The position numbers were made by a program, and so were the translations under genes. Positions 1 to 14,085 of a stretch of 64,000 bases of DNA are shown here, one piece after another (position 1 is the first letter of the stretch; each line of letters begins with the position of its first letter). Under the pieces are notes generated by a model. It made no database searches. It saw only the letters and a program-made list of their open reading frames with translations, and was not told the DNA's origin. This DNA comes from Octopus vulgaris. Its lineage: Eukaryota. The DNA lies in NCBI GenBank assembly GCA_951406725.2, contig OX597821.1:53630001-53694000 (forward strand). The letters run 5' to 3'.

Positions 1-589
1 TTTTGTTGATTCAAGACGTTTCATTCATAGAAGATATATAGACGACTTAGACTATTCTTCCCAAACTTAGATTGAACGTAATTTTGTAGGCAGCAAGTAT
101 TTTGGTTGATTTCTTAGCGCATAAAATGCTACATTCAAGGATATTTACATTTACGTTGACAGGATATTTACCTTATCTAACGTAAAAAAATTTGCATTAC
201 CCAGCAAAATAGTTAATAGTTCAGTATTTTTATTTTTTTCAAAGGAACACCTATTGATGATATACCACAATGAAGTAAAACCAGGAACAGTTTAAGAAAG
301 GCATTCTACTTCAGTTGGAAATAATGTAATTATCCGTTAAATATTTACCGCTGATATACTAAGTGTAGTTGTGTGTTTTTGTGTACATACATATATATAG
401 ACACACACACACACGTAAACCTACGATTTTTCATAATTTATTTTCAGTTTATATTCTTCAACTTAGCGGAAATCTAGCTAGTCACGAGGAAAGTAGCAAG
501 CCTCTTGGAGTTTGTAGTTATCTAGAATGGTTGACGTATGCATGCATAAGTACGTGTTGTGCGTATGTGTGCGTACATCTATACCAGCC

Positions 590-808
590 TCCCCTCTCCA
601 CCCCAGAGATGTAATCCCCAGGAAAGGTAAAGGCACATACAGTTTAGCACCAACAGCATTGCAACTCATTTCTGAATTTGAGTGAACTGAAGCAACGTGA
701 AACAAAGTATCTGGTTCAAGACCACAATACACAGCACGGTTCGGAAATCGAACTAATTGCCTCATAATTACGAGCCCAGTGCCCTAACGACTGAGCAATG
801 CACTTTCG
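590..808 (-). mobile_element. tRNA-derived SINE, degraded (group C head/core)
   Basis: Minus strand reads GCTCAGTCGTTAGGGC (A-box-like) ... GTTCGATTTCC (B-box-like), then TTTCACGTTGCTTCAGTTCACTCA, a core shared with the SINE at 5430. Confidence 0.7.
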
Positions 809-2416
809 TATATATATACGCGTATATATATTTACTGTACACGATTCTTGATACGAAAGAGTGTGTTGAAATATGTATCGTTATATTAAGGTTGGTCATC
901 ATTTGCTATTTGAACACATGCACCATTTATTTGCTCTTCATTTTGGCTCTCCCTATTCTATTTCGTCTTTCTGTGGTATGTAGGGTACGTATCACAAAAG
1001 GAAAAAGTGGAATAGGCAGGGTAACAGAAGACACAGAGGTCACAAAATGTGTTACGAAAGAAATTTGCCAGACAAATAAATAAAAGATAATGCTAATAAA
1101 ACTTAAGTGGCAATCAAATAAACGGCGTGTGTGTTTAATTGGCATAAAATGTCCCCGAGTATAACAATATATATTTGTGTGCGTGTGTAGGTATGTGTGT
1201 GCACGTTTGTGTCTATGTGTGTGCACACAGACATACACCCACACAAAGAAAGAGAGAGAGCGCGTGAGAGACCAAACAAAACATGCAGATATTGTCATTA
1301 AATTTATTATGAAATAAGTTACGAAAGCGTAAACACAAACATATTTGTCGACGAAAACATCCAATTCTCGATAGTTTTTTACAGCTATTTCACAAATCCA
1401 GAGGCTAGTTGATGTAATAACGTGTTACGCAATCGTTTGTACATTCCAATGCAATAATACTCATCAAACAAATAGAAATAATTATCAACGCATAAACATA
1501 TGTTAATGTGTTTAAGTTGGAAGCACTGAAGTGCCAAATATTGTCTTCAGAAAGATAGGTGGCAAATGTTAATTCTGTAGAAGTAAAGTAATGTTTAAGA
1601 GCACAGAAACATTAAAAAAAATACGGTCGACGAAGAGGGTGATAGCGATGCGGAGGCGGAAAGTGTGAGACAAAGAAATACCGAAAAACCAAAAGCTAGA
1701 AAATATATATATAAAAGTGAAGGAGAGACGCTAGGGGATATAAAACTATACAAAAAGAAAGGGAAAGAAAATGAGAAAAAGAGAGAAAAGATGAAACAGA
1801 TGTATAGTTGGTTAGAATCAGACTGGTCAAGACAAATCATAAATCTTAAGTATGTGTATAACAGAGTAGAGAAGGAAGATCAAAGAGAATTCATTAAGAG
1901 AAACAAGAAAGAAAAAAAAAATAGAAGACAGCAGCTAGCCAGACCCTACCCTGCTGATGACACAATGACCTTTTAGCAGCTATTAATACTGTATTAAATA
2001 TAATAAGCATTGAAGCGTGTAGACAAGGCGGGATACGATGAAAATATAAAGAGTTGGATGATGTTTTAAAATGAGAACCAAAAAATATAGGAACTGAAAA
2101 TAAAGAAGAATAAATGACAAATTAGGAAATGCAAAAGAAGTGACTACAAAAAATGATTATTATGTAACTATATACGGAATATTCAAATATGTTACGCCAA
2201 CATTAGAATACAAGCATGGTATTATTCCAGAAGTATATATATAAAAGCTATGAGGAAGAAGGTAGACTAAAATGAGGGTATTATAGTTATCACAAACGAT
2301 AGTTTTTAGTTATCTCACAATTTCAGCAATTTTGGTGGGGATTTGGTGGGAAGGGGGGGGGGTGATTTCGTCGCTTTATTAGAATGTATTAGATTCTTGT
2401 TGGATTATTTTTTGTA

Positions 2417-2451
<35 letters not shown>

Positions 2452-2479
2452 GGAAAAATATAAAACATATAAAATATAT

Positions 2480-3854
2480 AAAATGCTAAATTAATTTTAT
2501 CATAAAAAACATTTTAGTACCGGTTTCAGTCATTGAGACTTTCTCAACTCTAAGTATGGAAAACAAACTCTGCAAAGATTAAAGGAAAAGTTTTTTAAAA
2601 AAATATTTTCATAGTATTCAAATATAAGGAGCATTTTCCTTGTTTCTGTATTGTTTTTAATATTTGCGTAGGTGTTATTCTAAACAGCAGTAGTAGTAAA
2701 GTAAGGAAGGAGGTGGCGGAGAGGAAGAATAAGACAAAGAAGAAGAAGGAGGAGGAGAAGAAGAGAAAGAATTATAAAAGAATGCCCTTATACGCTCAAC
2801 AACAACACTGAAGCCGTGAATAAAAAAAAGCGAAAGACCCAACTGTGGGATATGGGTCAGTTTAATTGAGGGATCAGGGTACTCCTTCAAACAGGGACAA
2901 CGTTTCAGATTGAAAAGCAGCTTCACATGTGCTTTGGAGAACATGATATGCGCACTAACCTCCTCTCCGTTTCAAGAGCAATATATAGGCCAAACAAAAA
3001 ACAGTCTACGTTAAAGGATGGCTCTGCACAGATCCCAGATCAAAATTCTGAAAAACAGAAATATAGCATTCAGCCAACACATCGTCATTTCGCCAATAAC
3101 AAAAGTCCAAACTTCAGAATTTTTCCCGTCTGTCAATTCAGGGACGATACAACCTGTAGCCAACGAATTAGTAAAAAGTCGTTCTTTATCACAAAATTCA
3201 GACCCCTTCTGAACGCATCTACAACAAATGACATATCCACCATGACCTCATAATAAAACACACGCAAATATGAAAAATGATACATTAAAAAGAGATACCC
3301 AAGAATTCATGAAAAACAGTCCCAATCAATACTATAATCCAGAATGAGTCACTTTTAGGTCACTCGAACATTTAACATCTTACTACTATCATACCACTCC
3401 GCATTCGTTTATTATTCTTTCTCTTCTTCTCTCTCTCCGCCACCTCCTTCCTTACTTTACTACCACTGCTGTGATATTCAAAAGAGATATCTCAAGAATT
3501 CAATCACTACAACCATCTACAACAAATCACTTTCAGGGCACTTCACCATTTAACATCCTACTACTATCATACCACTCCCACATTCTTTTCTTTTTCTTCT
3601 TCTTCTTCTTCTTCTTCTTTTTCCCTACCAAGTATTCTCAACGACCTCGAACCCACAAGAGTAAACAACAGAGGTAGAGAAGGCAGAAACAAGAAAAATG
3701 CACTTTGTATTTGAATACTATGAAAATATTCTTTTAGAAACTTTTCATTTAATTTTTCCAAAATTTAATTGTTCTCCATACTTAGATTTCAAAAAGTCTC
3801 AATGACTGAAACCGGTACTAAAATGTTTTTATGATAAAATTATTTTAGCATTTT
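2480..3854 (+). mobile_element. Penelope-like element remnant with inverted terminal (pLTR-like) repeats
   Basis: 2480-2650 is the reverse complement of ~3685-3854, and 2685-2785 of ~3400-3470. A GIY-YIG remnant lies between the arms. Confidence 0.8.
2830..3215 (+). pseudogene. Degenerate Penelope-type GIY-YIG endonuclease (C-terminal part)
   Basis: Frameshifted translation: RPNCGI..FTCALENMIC..EQYIGQTK / LR*RMALHRSQI..FSQHI / HFANNKSPNFRIFP..RISKKSFFITKFRPLLN. It has the YIG motif, the R..H motif and the terminal PxLN. Confidence 0.8.
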
Positions 3855-3949
3855 TCTAACTTAATTTCTTTTCCTTATACATATCAACTCGTGTGTTCCT
3901 TTTCAATCTTCTACAAATAAAAGACGGAAGATAAAACATAATATATACA

Positions 3950-3961
3950 TAGACATACACT

Positions 3962-4032
<71 letters not shown>

Positions 4033-4163
4033 GCACACATATACACGCATATATATATATCCGCACATACACATATATATATATATATATATATACAAAC
4101 ACATTTACACACACGCAAAGACATATATTATTCATATGTATATATCTGTATATATACACGTAC

Positions 4164-4228
<65 letters not shown>

Positions 4229-4612
4229 AGAGTATGTTTATATTACACCACATAATTTATTAATTCAAAAGCTGCTAGTTACGTCGCCTAAGTTATTAGA
4301 AGCACGAAAATTGATAATTCTATACTATAAGACGCTTTATTGTATTTATTCTATTTATTGAATAATATATAAATGTCTGAAAAGAGATAATCTATACTTT
4401 TCCTGCTAGCACGGACTGTGATCATTTCCTACTAAGGCGAAATCATAATCCTATGATCTGTTGTATGTCAGGTTCTGTCTGTGTATGATAAATAATATAT
4501 ATTTTCTTAAAACAAGCAAGGCTAGCGCAAATCAATCCTTCGTATATGTATATATAAATGTATATACATATATATATATATAAATATATATATACATGTA
4601 TATATATATATG

Positions 4613-4665
<53 letters not shown>

Positions 4666-4675
4666 TATCTATATA

Positions 4676-4716
<41 letters not shown>

Positions 4717-5010
4717 CCGTGTATGTATATATCTATATGTATGTCTCCGCATGTGTGTACTCTCACACAAGCAAATTTTGAAAGTTTGTGATAAAATACT
4801 ACGTATTTTTCGTTCCTCATCTTTCACATTTTTAGATTAGCTATTGAAAAGACAACTGAAGTTTGTTTTATTGCTGCTATGCTTTAAGAAATATCTGGAA
4901 GCATATACGACTTCAGTAATTGACAAATATAGGACTTTCATTATAATTGCACTTTCATATTTTCTTAGCACATCTTTCTTTATATATACATACATACATA
5001 CATACATACC

Positions 5011-5080
<70 letters not shown>
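3950..5080. repeat. (CT)n, (TA)n and (TACA)n microsatellite cluster
   Basis: Directly visible simple repeats. Similar tracts recur throughout, e.g. 12910-13030, 17400-17450, 18027-18325, 35120-35400, 40345-40457, 58975-59100, 63236-63310. Confidence 0.95.
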
Positions 5081-5084
<4 letters not shown>

Positions 5085-5429
5085 ACTCAACCTTAGAAAG
5101 AGATACTAGTACTAGTAACTTCACTCTTTGGGTAATTCTGTATTCTTATTCAGAACTGCAAATAATCAGTAGAGTATTTAATAACATTGACAACGAATAC
5201 CAACGCAGAACGTTTGTTTGAATCAGTTTACTTTGAAACAGCTGTGAGGGATGGACTCTTGATGTAATTGCAACGACTAGAATTCATAATTACATACTTA
5301 CATACGATGGCAATGTACAGTCCCGGCAGTTGAAACAGCTGTAGATAGGATGAATATCCTGTAGAAAGTTTTGGATGTCAATAAAAATCTTCACTTTCCT
5401 CTTCGTTATTAATGTTTTATATATATATA

Positions 5430-5755
5430 GGTGTGAAGGTGCGTGGCTTAGTGGTCAGGGCACTTGGCTCACGATTGTAAAGTCGTGTGTTCAATTCCCG
5501 GCGATGCGTTGGGTCCTTGAGCAAGACAGTGTTTCACGTTGCTCCAGTCCACTCAGCTGGCAAAAATTAGTTGTATCTTTATTTCAAAGGGCCAGCCTTG
5601 TCACACACTGTGTCATGCTGAATCTCCCTGAGAACTACGTTAGTTGTACACGTGTCTGTGGATTGCTCACTCACTTGCACGTTAATTTCACGAGCAAGCT
5701 ATTCCGTTGATCGTATCAGCTGGGACGCTGGTCGTCGTTAGCGATGGAGTGCTCC
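5430..5755 (+). mobile_element. tRNA-derived SINE, near full length (group C)
   Basis: TGGCTTAGTGGTCAGGG A-box, GTTCAATTCCC B-box and GTCCTTGAGCAAGACA core. The 3' ~175 bp are shared with 43119-43280. Confidence 0.85.
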
Positions 5756-5767
5756 TTATATATATAC

Positions 5768-5798
<31 letters not shown>

Positions 5799-5930
5799 CG
5801 TGTGAGTGCGCGCGTGTATATGTATGTGTGTGAGGTTATCTATGTATGTATATATGATATGTGCGTACGTATACATGCATTAATATATATATATAATAAA
5901 CAAGTTAAGGCATAAATAATGGTCACTACA

Positions 5931-6030
5931 TACATGGTTTGAACAAGATAATAGAAACACTTTAAAATTTCAAACAAATTTATTTTCATATGGAGTAGGA
6001 TCGCCTTTGGCAGTATTTACAGCTTGAATT
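5931..6030 (-). mobile_element. Tc1-like transposon 3' end (transposase C-terminus plus TIR)
   Basis: Minus strand translates IQAVNTAKGDPTPY (Tc1 C-terminal motif), followed by a TA-flanked TIR-like end TACATGGTTTGAACAAGATAATAGAAACAC. Confidence 0.65.
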
Positions 6031-9000
6031 ATCATCCAGCCCCAGCTCTCTATATTTTAAAGCAGTGAGTTGGAAATTCGGTCGAACGAACACCTTTGAT
6101 CGTATCATTAAATCCGACGTAGACCTACAAACAATGTCTTAATCCTTATATACAAATACATCAAGATATATTTGTGTATGAATGTGTCTTTGTACGTGTG
6201 TGTATATGTGTTTGTTTGCATGCATGTTTTATGGTGGGTCTATAGAAAGATTGTCATATATTTATTTATGCATTTGTAGACATAATTATTTGAACTTACG
6301 TATTTTCCTTTTACTTTTATTACATTGAAAAACACATTATCGAAGAGACTTTCTAAAATGTCATAGTTAAATATGAAATCTACACTTTTTCTGAAATGTA
6401 TGTAACCCGTGACAATAATATGGTACTAAACTTTATTATAACGTATTACTTCATAATTAAACTTGAAGTAAAACTCAAGTAAATAGGTTGGTAGAATTGT
6501 TGTTCATATTCTTAACATAATTCTATTTTCATTATCCGCTCTAGAAGGGAATTGACTATATATGTGTGTACGTGCGTGAGTGTGTGTGTATGTGTGTGAG
6601 TGAGTATGTGTGTGAGTGAGTATGTGCGTGTGTGAGTATGTGCGTGTGTGTATCAATGAAATTATGACATTTTAAGCATTAGGAGAAAAAATATAACACC
6701 AGAAATAAACAGTGTCAAATGTCAGAGTTAACACAAATATCATTTTAAATTATGTAAAAGTACTTGACAGTCAGACTTGTATTTTTAGGTACAATAATCA
6801 GACGCAGAAAAGTGTTTGTACATACACATACACCAAAAGACCCAAACACAATGAGACACATATACACACAATTTCAAATACAGTTATAAGATTAAAATTG
6901 TGTATTCGTGTAATTAGATACAAGTACTTCGTTGGTACTTTATTTTTCAATATAGGAAGAAAGGAAAGTAAAGCTGAACGGAGGGCTTATCTAATTTCGA
7001 CAGGTATACTCGCACAACAAATGCACACGCGAGCACACCCACACAAAATAACTTGCAGAGCTAATCGCCTCTGCCACGGTGCCAAAGATTTTGTCTTAAA
7101 CTTAAGCAGTACTAATATTTACATATTGCTTTATATTCAACTTGCTATATACTTTCCTTTGTAATGTTGAATTGTATCAAAAGCTGATTTTACTGTTTCT
7201 ATGATGTATTTTAAATCTCTGATTTGAGAACCTTGAGCTGTTTTTCGGATTGCTAGATGAATTTAATCACTAAGCATTTTGCTCCCGAGTCAAATACAAC
7301 CAATTGCTAGATTGCCTATGACAGCATTTCTTCTTTATCTAGAGCGAAGAGTAATTCATGTTTGCTGGACATCGCATTCCAATTCTTAAATATAAATTTT
7401 TGTTACTAATAAATTAGCTTGGCTATAGTTCCTACTGAGCTGTTCAACCTCACAGTGCAAGATTTGCTAACCGTGGTCTGTACACTATGATAATTAATGC
7501 TTTATTTTAGAGGGCTGAGATAAGCTCTAGCTATGCTTGTGTTTCAAAATTTTGCTTGCCTGACTATGCAATCAGTCATACTTTTCTGTAGATTATGCTA
7601 AAATTTCCGAGGATGGATTGTAAACAGATACAGAAAATAATAATAATCTTGCGAGCGAGACTGTAATCGATTCCATAATACTACTTGTTTCTCCATCTTA
7701 GAATATTCTTCTCTAGTAAACTTGTTGGACACACACACACACACACACACACTTTTTCTGTGTGTGTGTCTGTGTGTGTGTGCTTGTGTGTGTGTTTGTA
7801 TCTCCCCCCCACACACACACGTCATGTAACCGATTTGAAATTCTTGGCGTAAGGTGTCAGGAGCCCTCTAAAATTTATAATATATTAATTGGTGACTCAA
7901 ATGCACATGAAGATCTGACTATTTTAAAGTGTGTATAAAAATGTGTGTGTATGTGCGTGTATGTGTGTGCGTCTGTGTGTGTGTTTGTATTTATGTGTGT
8001 ATTCATGCACACATTCATACACATTATTATATACATTCATACATATCATTCAGTTTTATTTCATGACCTCTTTCCAATAGAGAAAGAGCCTGTTTCTGAC
8101 CTACATCAAAGTCTTCTTCATTGGAATTTCAATAACATCGAGTATTTGAGCATGTATACGCATATGTATAGTATTTGACGTCGATGCATGGGCAGATTTG
8201 TAAGTTTCGTTTTATGTATGTACACGTATGCATATAATTGCCACTCTATACATGCGCATATGTACTTAAATGATATTTTGCTGTGGCTAGGGAGAGTTAT
8301 TATACCAATGTTATTAACACATGCACTGGTTCAATTCCACCCGTTTATTATCAGTGAACTGGGTAAATATCCAACAAACTAATAGATTGTTTGTTGAAAT
8401 TGGTTAAACAGTAAGTCAAAGAGCTTTCGAAAACTGATGAAAGTCATTGAATAGGTTGCAAGTAGCAACGAAAGAGCTTTGGCAAACAAAAGAAATAACT
8501 CACTGTTTAACCACTTTGAACAAACAACAATCGATTGATTAGTTAGTTGGATACTTAAGCAATTGACTACTAATAAAGGAGTGGAATTGAACGAGTGCAT
8601 GAGTTAATAATATTGGCATAATGACCCCTGCTAGACGCAACAAGATTTCTTTCAACACACGGATTCACATAAAGAATCTTGCAAGCCAGATACTTAATAA
8701 TAAACTTCTGGGAAGTTTTACAGATTTTTTACAGTTCCAGTGATGACTTGAATGAGTAGTCTTCGAGTCGGCTTTCTCTTTTCTGGTTTTGAGAAGCCTT
8801 ATTTATCAATATAAGTACTTCGGTAGTGTTACATATAATTGCGGGTATCAACCCGAACTTGTAACCTGAATAGAGTAACAGTAGAATTCCTCAATAGTTC
8901 AGCTTGTATGTATGTATGTATGTATGTATGTATGTATGTATGTATGTATATGTTTGTGATTGTTGATAGAACAAAGGGGAACAATTTATTGAAGATAGAA

Positions 9001-10990
9001 TGTAAGATAACTATCCTCGACGTCGGTATAATTTATTTTCTTCCAATATTGTGATGCCTTGCTTTAGCTCCAGATGAATTATGTTTCAGTTGATTTATTA
9101 CCATATATTGCTATCGTGATATTTCTATTCTTTTTGAGTATTATATACTTCATAAACAATCGCTTGAAGATAAGTTATGATTTGAGTGAATTAGAACACA
9201 ATTTATAGCAGAATGGGATGTCTATAGAAGGCCCTATATCTGAGGATAAAATTCTCAAAGCTGATTTGACTCAGCTTTCTTAAGTGTAATTATATGCCAC
9301 GTTGTAGGTGTAACCTGTAGCTGAGAACAGCAAACAGCTTCATATGTTGACTGGTGTTCGGAACCGAATTACATTTTAATAACATCATACTCAGATATTC
9401 AACACAGGGTCGATATTACCTCAGACACGCGAAATAGCTATAACATATTTAATTTTTAAACCTCTAAGTTTTAACTTTTATGCAAATTTATTCTTAGATT
9501 TCAACAATTTCAAATCTTAATTGAGAACAATTCCTAAAAATCAAACAAACAGATCTAAATATTGCTGATTGCATGACTGTATAATGTGAAACAAATAGAG
9601 ATTGTCAAGTAAACATGAAATCTGCATATTGGTTCATAGATTGTGGATTTTGATTTCCTGCTGCCCACTTTACAATGATTTGCGGGGAAAAAAACTGATT
9701 ATTATTGCTGCACTACTGGAATAAATAAAATATTCTAATCTCAAAGAATATTTGATTTCACTAAAGCCATAGAATTTGAAACAAAACTATTGTCAAACAT
9801 TGTAGCAGGTTAACATAATACCAAACATGAATTGGTAGATATAATTTGTTCCTATTTAATAGATTCTTAAAAATTTGCCAGACAGATAAGGTCTGCTTTT
9901 TGTTTCCGCTATCTCAAGTTGTTAACCTACGACAAATAGTCCAGTTCCATTTCAGTTTTGTTAAGCGTAGGAAACAGAGACACCGACGGAAATAATTTTG
10001 GAATAAGTGGGATGTATTTTTGAGATGGGATTAGAGAAGACACTGACAACGATTATGAGAGAACGAGACAGAGATAAAGAGAGGGACACTGCGAGAGAAA
10101 GAGTGACAACAGACAGATATGTATATATAGAGAGAGACAGGGAGAGATTAAGTTTCGTGGTGGGTGAAATTTATTTTGAGTACAAAAGACAAAGAAAACA
10201 AACACATTGCTTGTGTCTGAAAAAAAGAATACAAAAAAGCAAGAAACAAATGAGTGATTACAGAAATGCTGTCGATATGCGAGTACTTAACGAGAGAAAT
10301 CAGCCCTATATTTAGGCGCCAACTGTCAGGACACAGAAGAAGATAAGATATCTGATAGGTGGCAAACTAGACAGCTAGAAATATATTTCTGTCTGATAAT
10401 AAAATCTATCTTTCATTTTGTGTAAATGCAATAAATTTACAGCCATTCTACATTTCTCTATTGCACATAGAATGTGTAACTTTTTTCCATAAGACCACTC
10501 TGCGAAAGCAACCAGAATAAGAAAGAGAAACACAAAGTATATTCTTAAAATAAACGTTTCGTTCAGGAGTTCCTCGCCAGGTATAATGAGGTAGATGTGA
10601 GAATTAAAAAAAATGAAACGCTTTCTGAAAAACTGCATGATTAAAAAAAAAAACTTCAAACGGAAGAAAGTTTAGCGCAAGCACGTGGAATTATATTTTA
10701 CAGCTGAGATAGGTAGGAGGCTAATTGAAATATATATGTGTGTGTGGAAGCGGAAGAATGGCTGAATGTGTAGGGCAATATGTGAGTGAGTGTTCTGGAC
10801 AGACGAAATTAACGGTCCCGTGCACTTTTGTGCTGGTGGTATGAACAAGTGGCAATAGTGTGAGCATGAAGAGGTGGAAATTCAGAGAGTGTGTGCAGTG
10901 TGAAATAGGAAGGCAGGATCGTTAGATAAAGATAATGTGATTATTAATCTCAGATGAATAGCTTGCATTTAGGTAGAAAAGTCAATTGTT

Positions 10991-11410
10991 TAGGTATGGT
11001 TGTGTGGTAAGACGCTTGATTCACAACCATATGGTTCCGGGTTGAGTCCTGCTACGTGGTATCTTGGGTAAGTGACTACTACTGTAGCCTCGGACCGAAT
11101 ACAGTCTTGTGACTAGATTTGGCAGACGGAAACTGAAAGAAGACCTTCATATATGTGTATGTTTATCTTAATGTGTGTGTGTCTGTGTGTCTGCGTGTGT
11201 GTATATCAGTTTCTGTGTTTGTCACACATACCGCTTGACAACCGGAATTTGTGTGTTTACTGAAAATTAGAGGTTAAGTAAGGGATCTGTAGAATAAGTA
11301 CGAAGATTAGAAAAAATACTGAAATCGATTCATTCGACTAAAAATACTTCAAGATGGTGCCTCAGCATACCTGCAGTCTATTCACTGAAACAAGTGAGTG
11401 ATAATAGATA
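10991..11410 (+). mobile_element. tRNA-derived SINE with internal (TG/TA)n (group A)
   Basis: TGGTTGTGTGGTAAG..GGTTCCGGGTTGAGTCC head, GACGGAAACTGAAAGAAG body and GGTGCCTCAGCAT..CTGAAACAAG tail. Homologous to 22145, 23310 and 47130. Confidence 0.85.
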
Positions 11411-12328
11411 AATGAAACACAGAAGACATATGGTTTTAAGTAACAGACAGTCGGCTTGATGCAGTAGGTGGGGCGTAGCGAATTGAAGCGACAAATTGTT
11501 GCCTTGAGTGATCCGGGGTGTTGATGCGCCACACGTGGAAAATGTGTTCTGTAAAACGATATTTATCATCAAACCTTTATCTACAATATAAAATGACCTA
11601 CATATCTGATCTTTCAGATGGTAATGTTTCAATAACAGTATTAAACTAATTGGTGAAATGGAGGAATGGAACACGTGAAAGTGTAGGTGTGTCAAATATA
11701 AAAAAAAAAAAATTCAGTAAGAAAACGTCATAGTGTACTTACATGATATGCGTACGTTATAACGACCAGAGTAGTCGCGGAGAAATATTGCAAAATATTA
11801 AGATAACTCGACCCAAACTTTGTCGCCGTTGTGCAATCTAACAGAGCCGTGAAACCTATCATGAAAAGAATTCCAAGCATGGCCATAAGATTTTTCTAGA
11901 AGTTTTCATTTTATACAGTAGAATAACATCTAAAGGATATTTGGCTGCATCATGAATTGAGCAATCAAGAAGAGGATCACTCACTAACTCGTGGTATCTA
12001 TGCGTTGTTTGTTCGAACAGTTTATTATGGCTGTCAATAATAAGTACAAAGTGTCCTCTAAGAGATATACATGTGTATATGGGAAATAATGTAAATCCAA
12101 TACTATTGTCTGTATGATAGCTTTATATATGTGGAATCTCTTCAGTGATTTGCAAAAACAATTTATATGACAAGATTTATGGTATTTGTGAATTCTTTAG
12201 TTTCAGTTGTATTTAATAACAAAGAATTTATTTGGCAGTATTTATGAATTTAGGGAAGTTTATCCAGCCATAAACTCTCACGCCTGTGTAAGATATGTAA
12301 GATAATTCAAATTCAATCTCTCTCTCTT

Positions 12329-12381
<53 letters not shown>

Positions 12382-12907
12382 GTTTGTGTGTGCGTGTGCG
12401 TATGTGCATGTGTGCGTGTGTGTGTGTTAGTTATCAGAAATAATTGCATTTAAAATTTCAGCGTATGAAATTATCTTTGGTTTTCCACTTTACTTTCCTT
12501 CCACCGATCCAGACGTATCTATCTCTTAGATTTTTAACTGCAATATACAGCCCAAATAATTGTCAGTTAAATATTGCTGCTATCATTTCGATTTTACGCT
12601 TAAACTGGGAGAAATTGCTGCAATACGAAAAAAGGAAATGCAAAGTCATCCAGTTAAAAATGAAATGCGGAATCCGTAAGTGCAAACAAAACTATCAAAA
12701 GAAATTTCAGTTATACATTCTAGTGTTTCGATATTTCAATAAGTGAATGGTAATGTTTTAATATATCTATTATACTTTTCGAAAAATCGTACTATCGATT
12801 ATTTTAGACAGTTGGTGCATACTTTGGTGTGATGTTCTGAAATTAGTTTCAGACATTATATTTAAGATATAGGTCAATAACCGAATTGAGTTCTCATCTT
12901 TCATAAC

Positions 12908-12967
<60 letters not shown>

Positions 12968-13428
12968 ATATATATAAGTATACATACATAATACCTATAT
13001 CTATCTATATATATATATATACATATGTATGTACGTATGCATACATATAATATATTTATGTACATATATATGGATGCATATATATTCGTATGTATATCTG
13101 AATATATGTACGCGTAGATATCACATACTAAGAAAATATATATTAATGAGTACATAGAAACACATACACACATATGTATATGCAGGAAAAGCGGGAGGGG
13201 AAGAATCAGAAAACTGGGAGAATGAATATCATCATTTATACCATTTATAATGAATTTGAAATATGCTAATTTTTTTAAAACTAACATGTAAATTGCAACA
13301 ACTTGAGACGAGCATAGGCCTGTTGAAATTTTAGTGAATTGAAAGAGGCTAAAAGTAAAAGAAAATTATTATCCATAGGTGGGCTATGAACTCTCTGCAC
13401 AGATTATATAGTTAATGATAACAACAAC

Positions 13429-13429
<1 letters not shown>

Positions 13430-13507
<78 letters not shown>
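13430..13507. repeat. (TAA)n microsatellite
   Basis: About 25 perfect AAT units directly upstream of an R4/Dong fragment. Confidence 0.95.
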
Positions 13508-14085
13508 GTCAGGACAGATGGTTGTCAAGTAGTGAAATGATGAAGGCTATTCAATTACAAACTAGCTACAAATAACAGGGAATACTTGAGGCATATGAAA
13601 TCAAACATCACGACATGAAGGAAAAGACAAACAGAGAGTAACAGCAGCAAATGAGAAAATATTGTCTTCAAAGCAGAATGCCAGGAACATAATTACGGTG
13701 ATAAACTCGCGCGCAGTCGCAGTAGTTCGGTATGTTGATAGAATCCCGAAGTGGAAAGAGATGGTGCTAAAGGAGAAGGACAAGAAATCAAGAAAGCTCC
13801 AAACGACGCATGGAGCATATCATCCACATGCAGACACTGATCAATTATACACAAAGGGAGCAAATGAAGGGAGGGAACTGAAAAGTGTGGAAAACTACGT
13901 GCGTGTCTAACAGGTGAGCTTAATGAAATACTAAGCGCAGAGTAAGGAAAACTTGCTAGTGACAGTTAGGAACGGGGGAGTATTGAGAGCAGAGTAAAAA
14001 GGGAAAACTTAGGAAGAAGTAAAATAGGGACATGAAGAATTACGTAACAAAGGACTACACAATCAATTCTATGTAGCCACAATAT
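13508..14085 (+). mobile_element. R4/Dong-clade non-LTR retrotransposon fragment (RT C-terminal/thumb region), degenerate
   Basis: Translates SKQNARNIITVINSRAVAVVRY..W..DKKSRKLQTTHGAYHPHADTDQLY..GRELKSVE, typical of R4/Dong ORFs. It begins at a (TAA)n tract. Confidence 0.85.
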
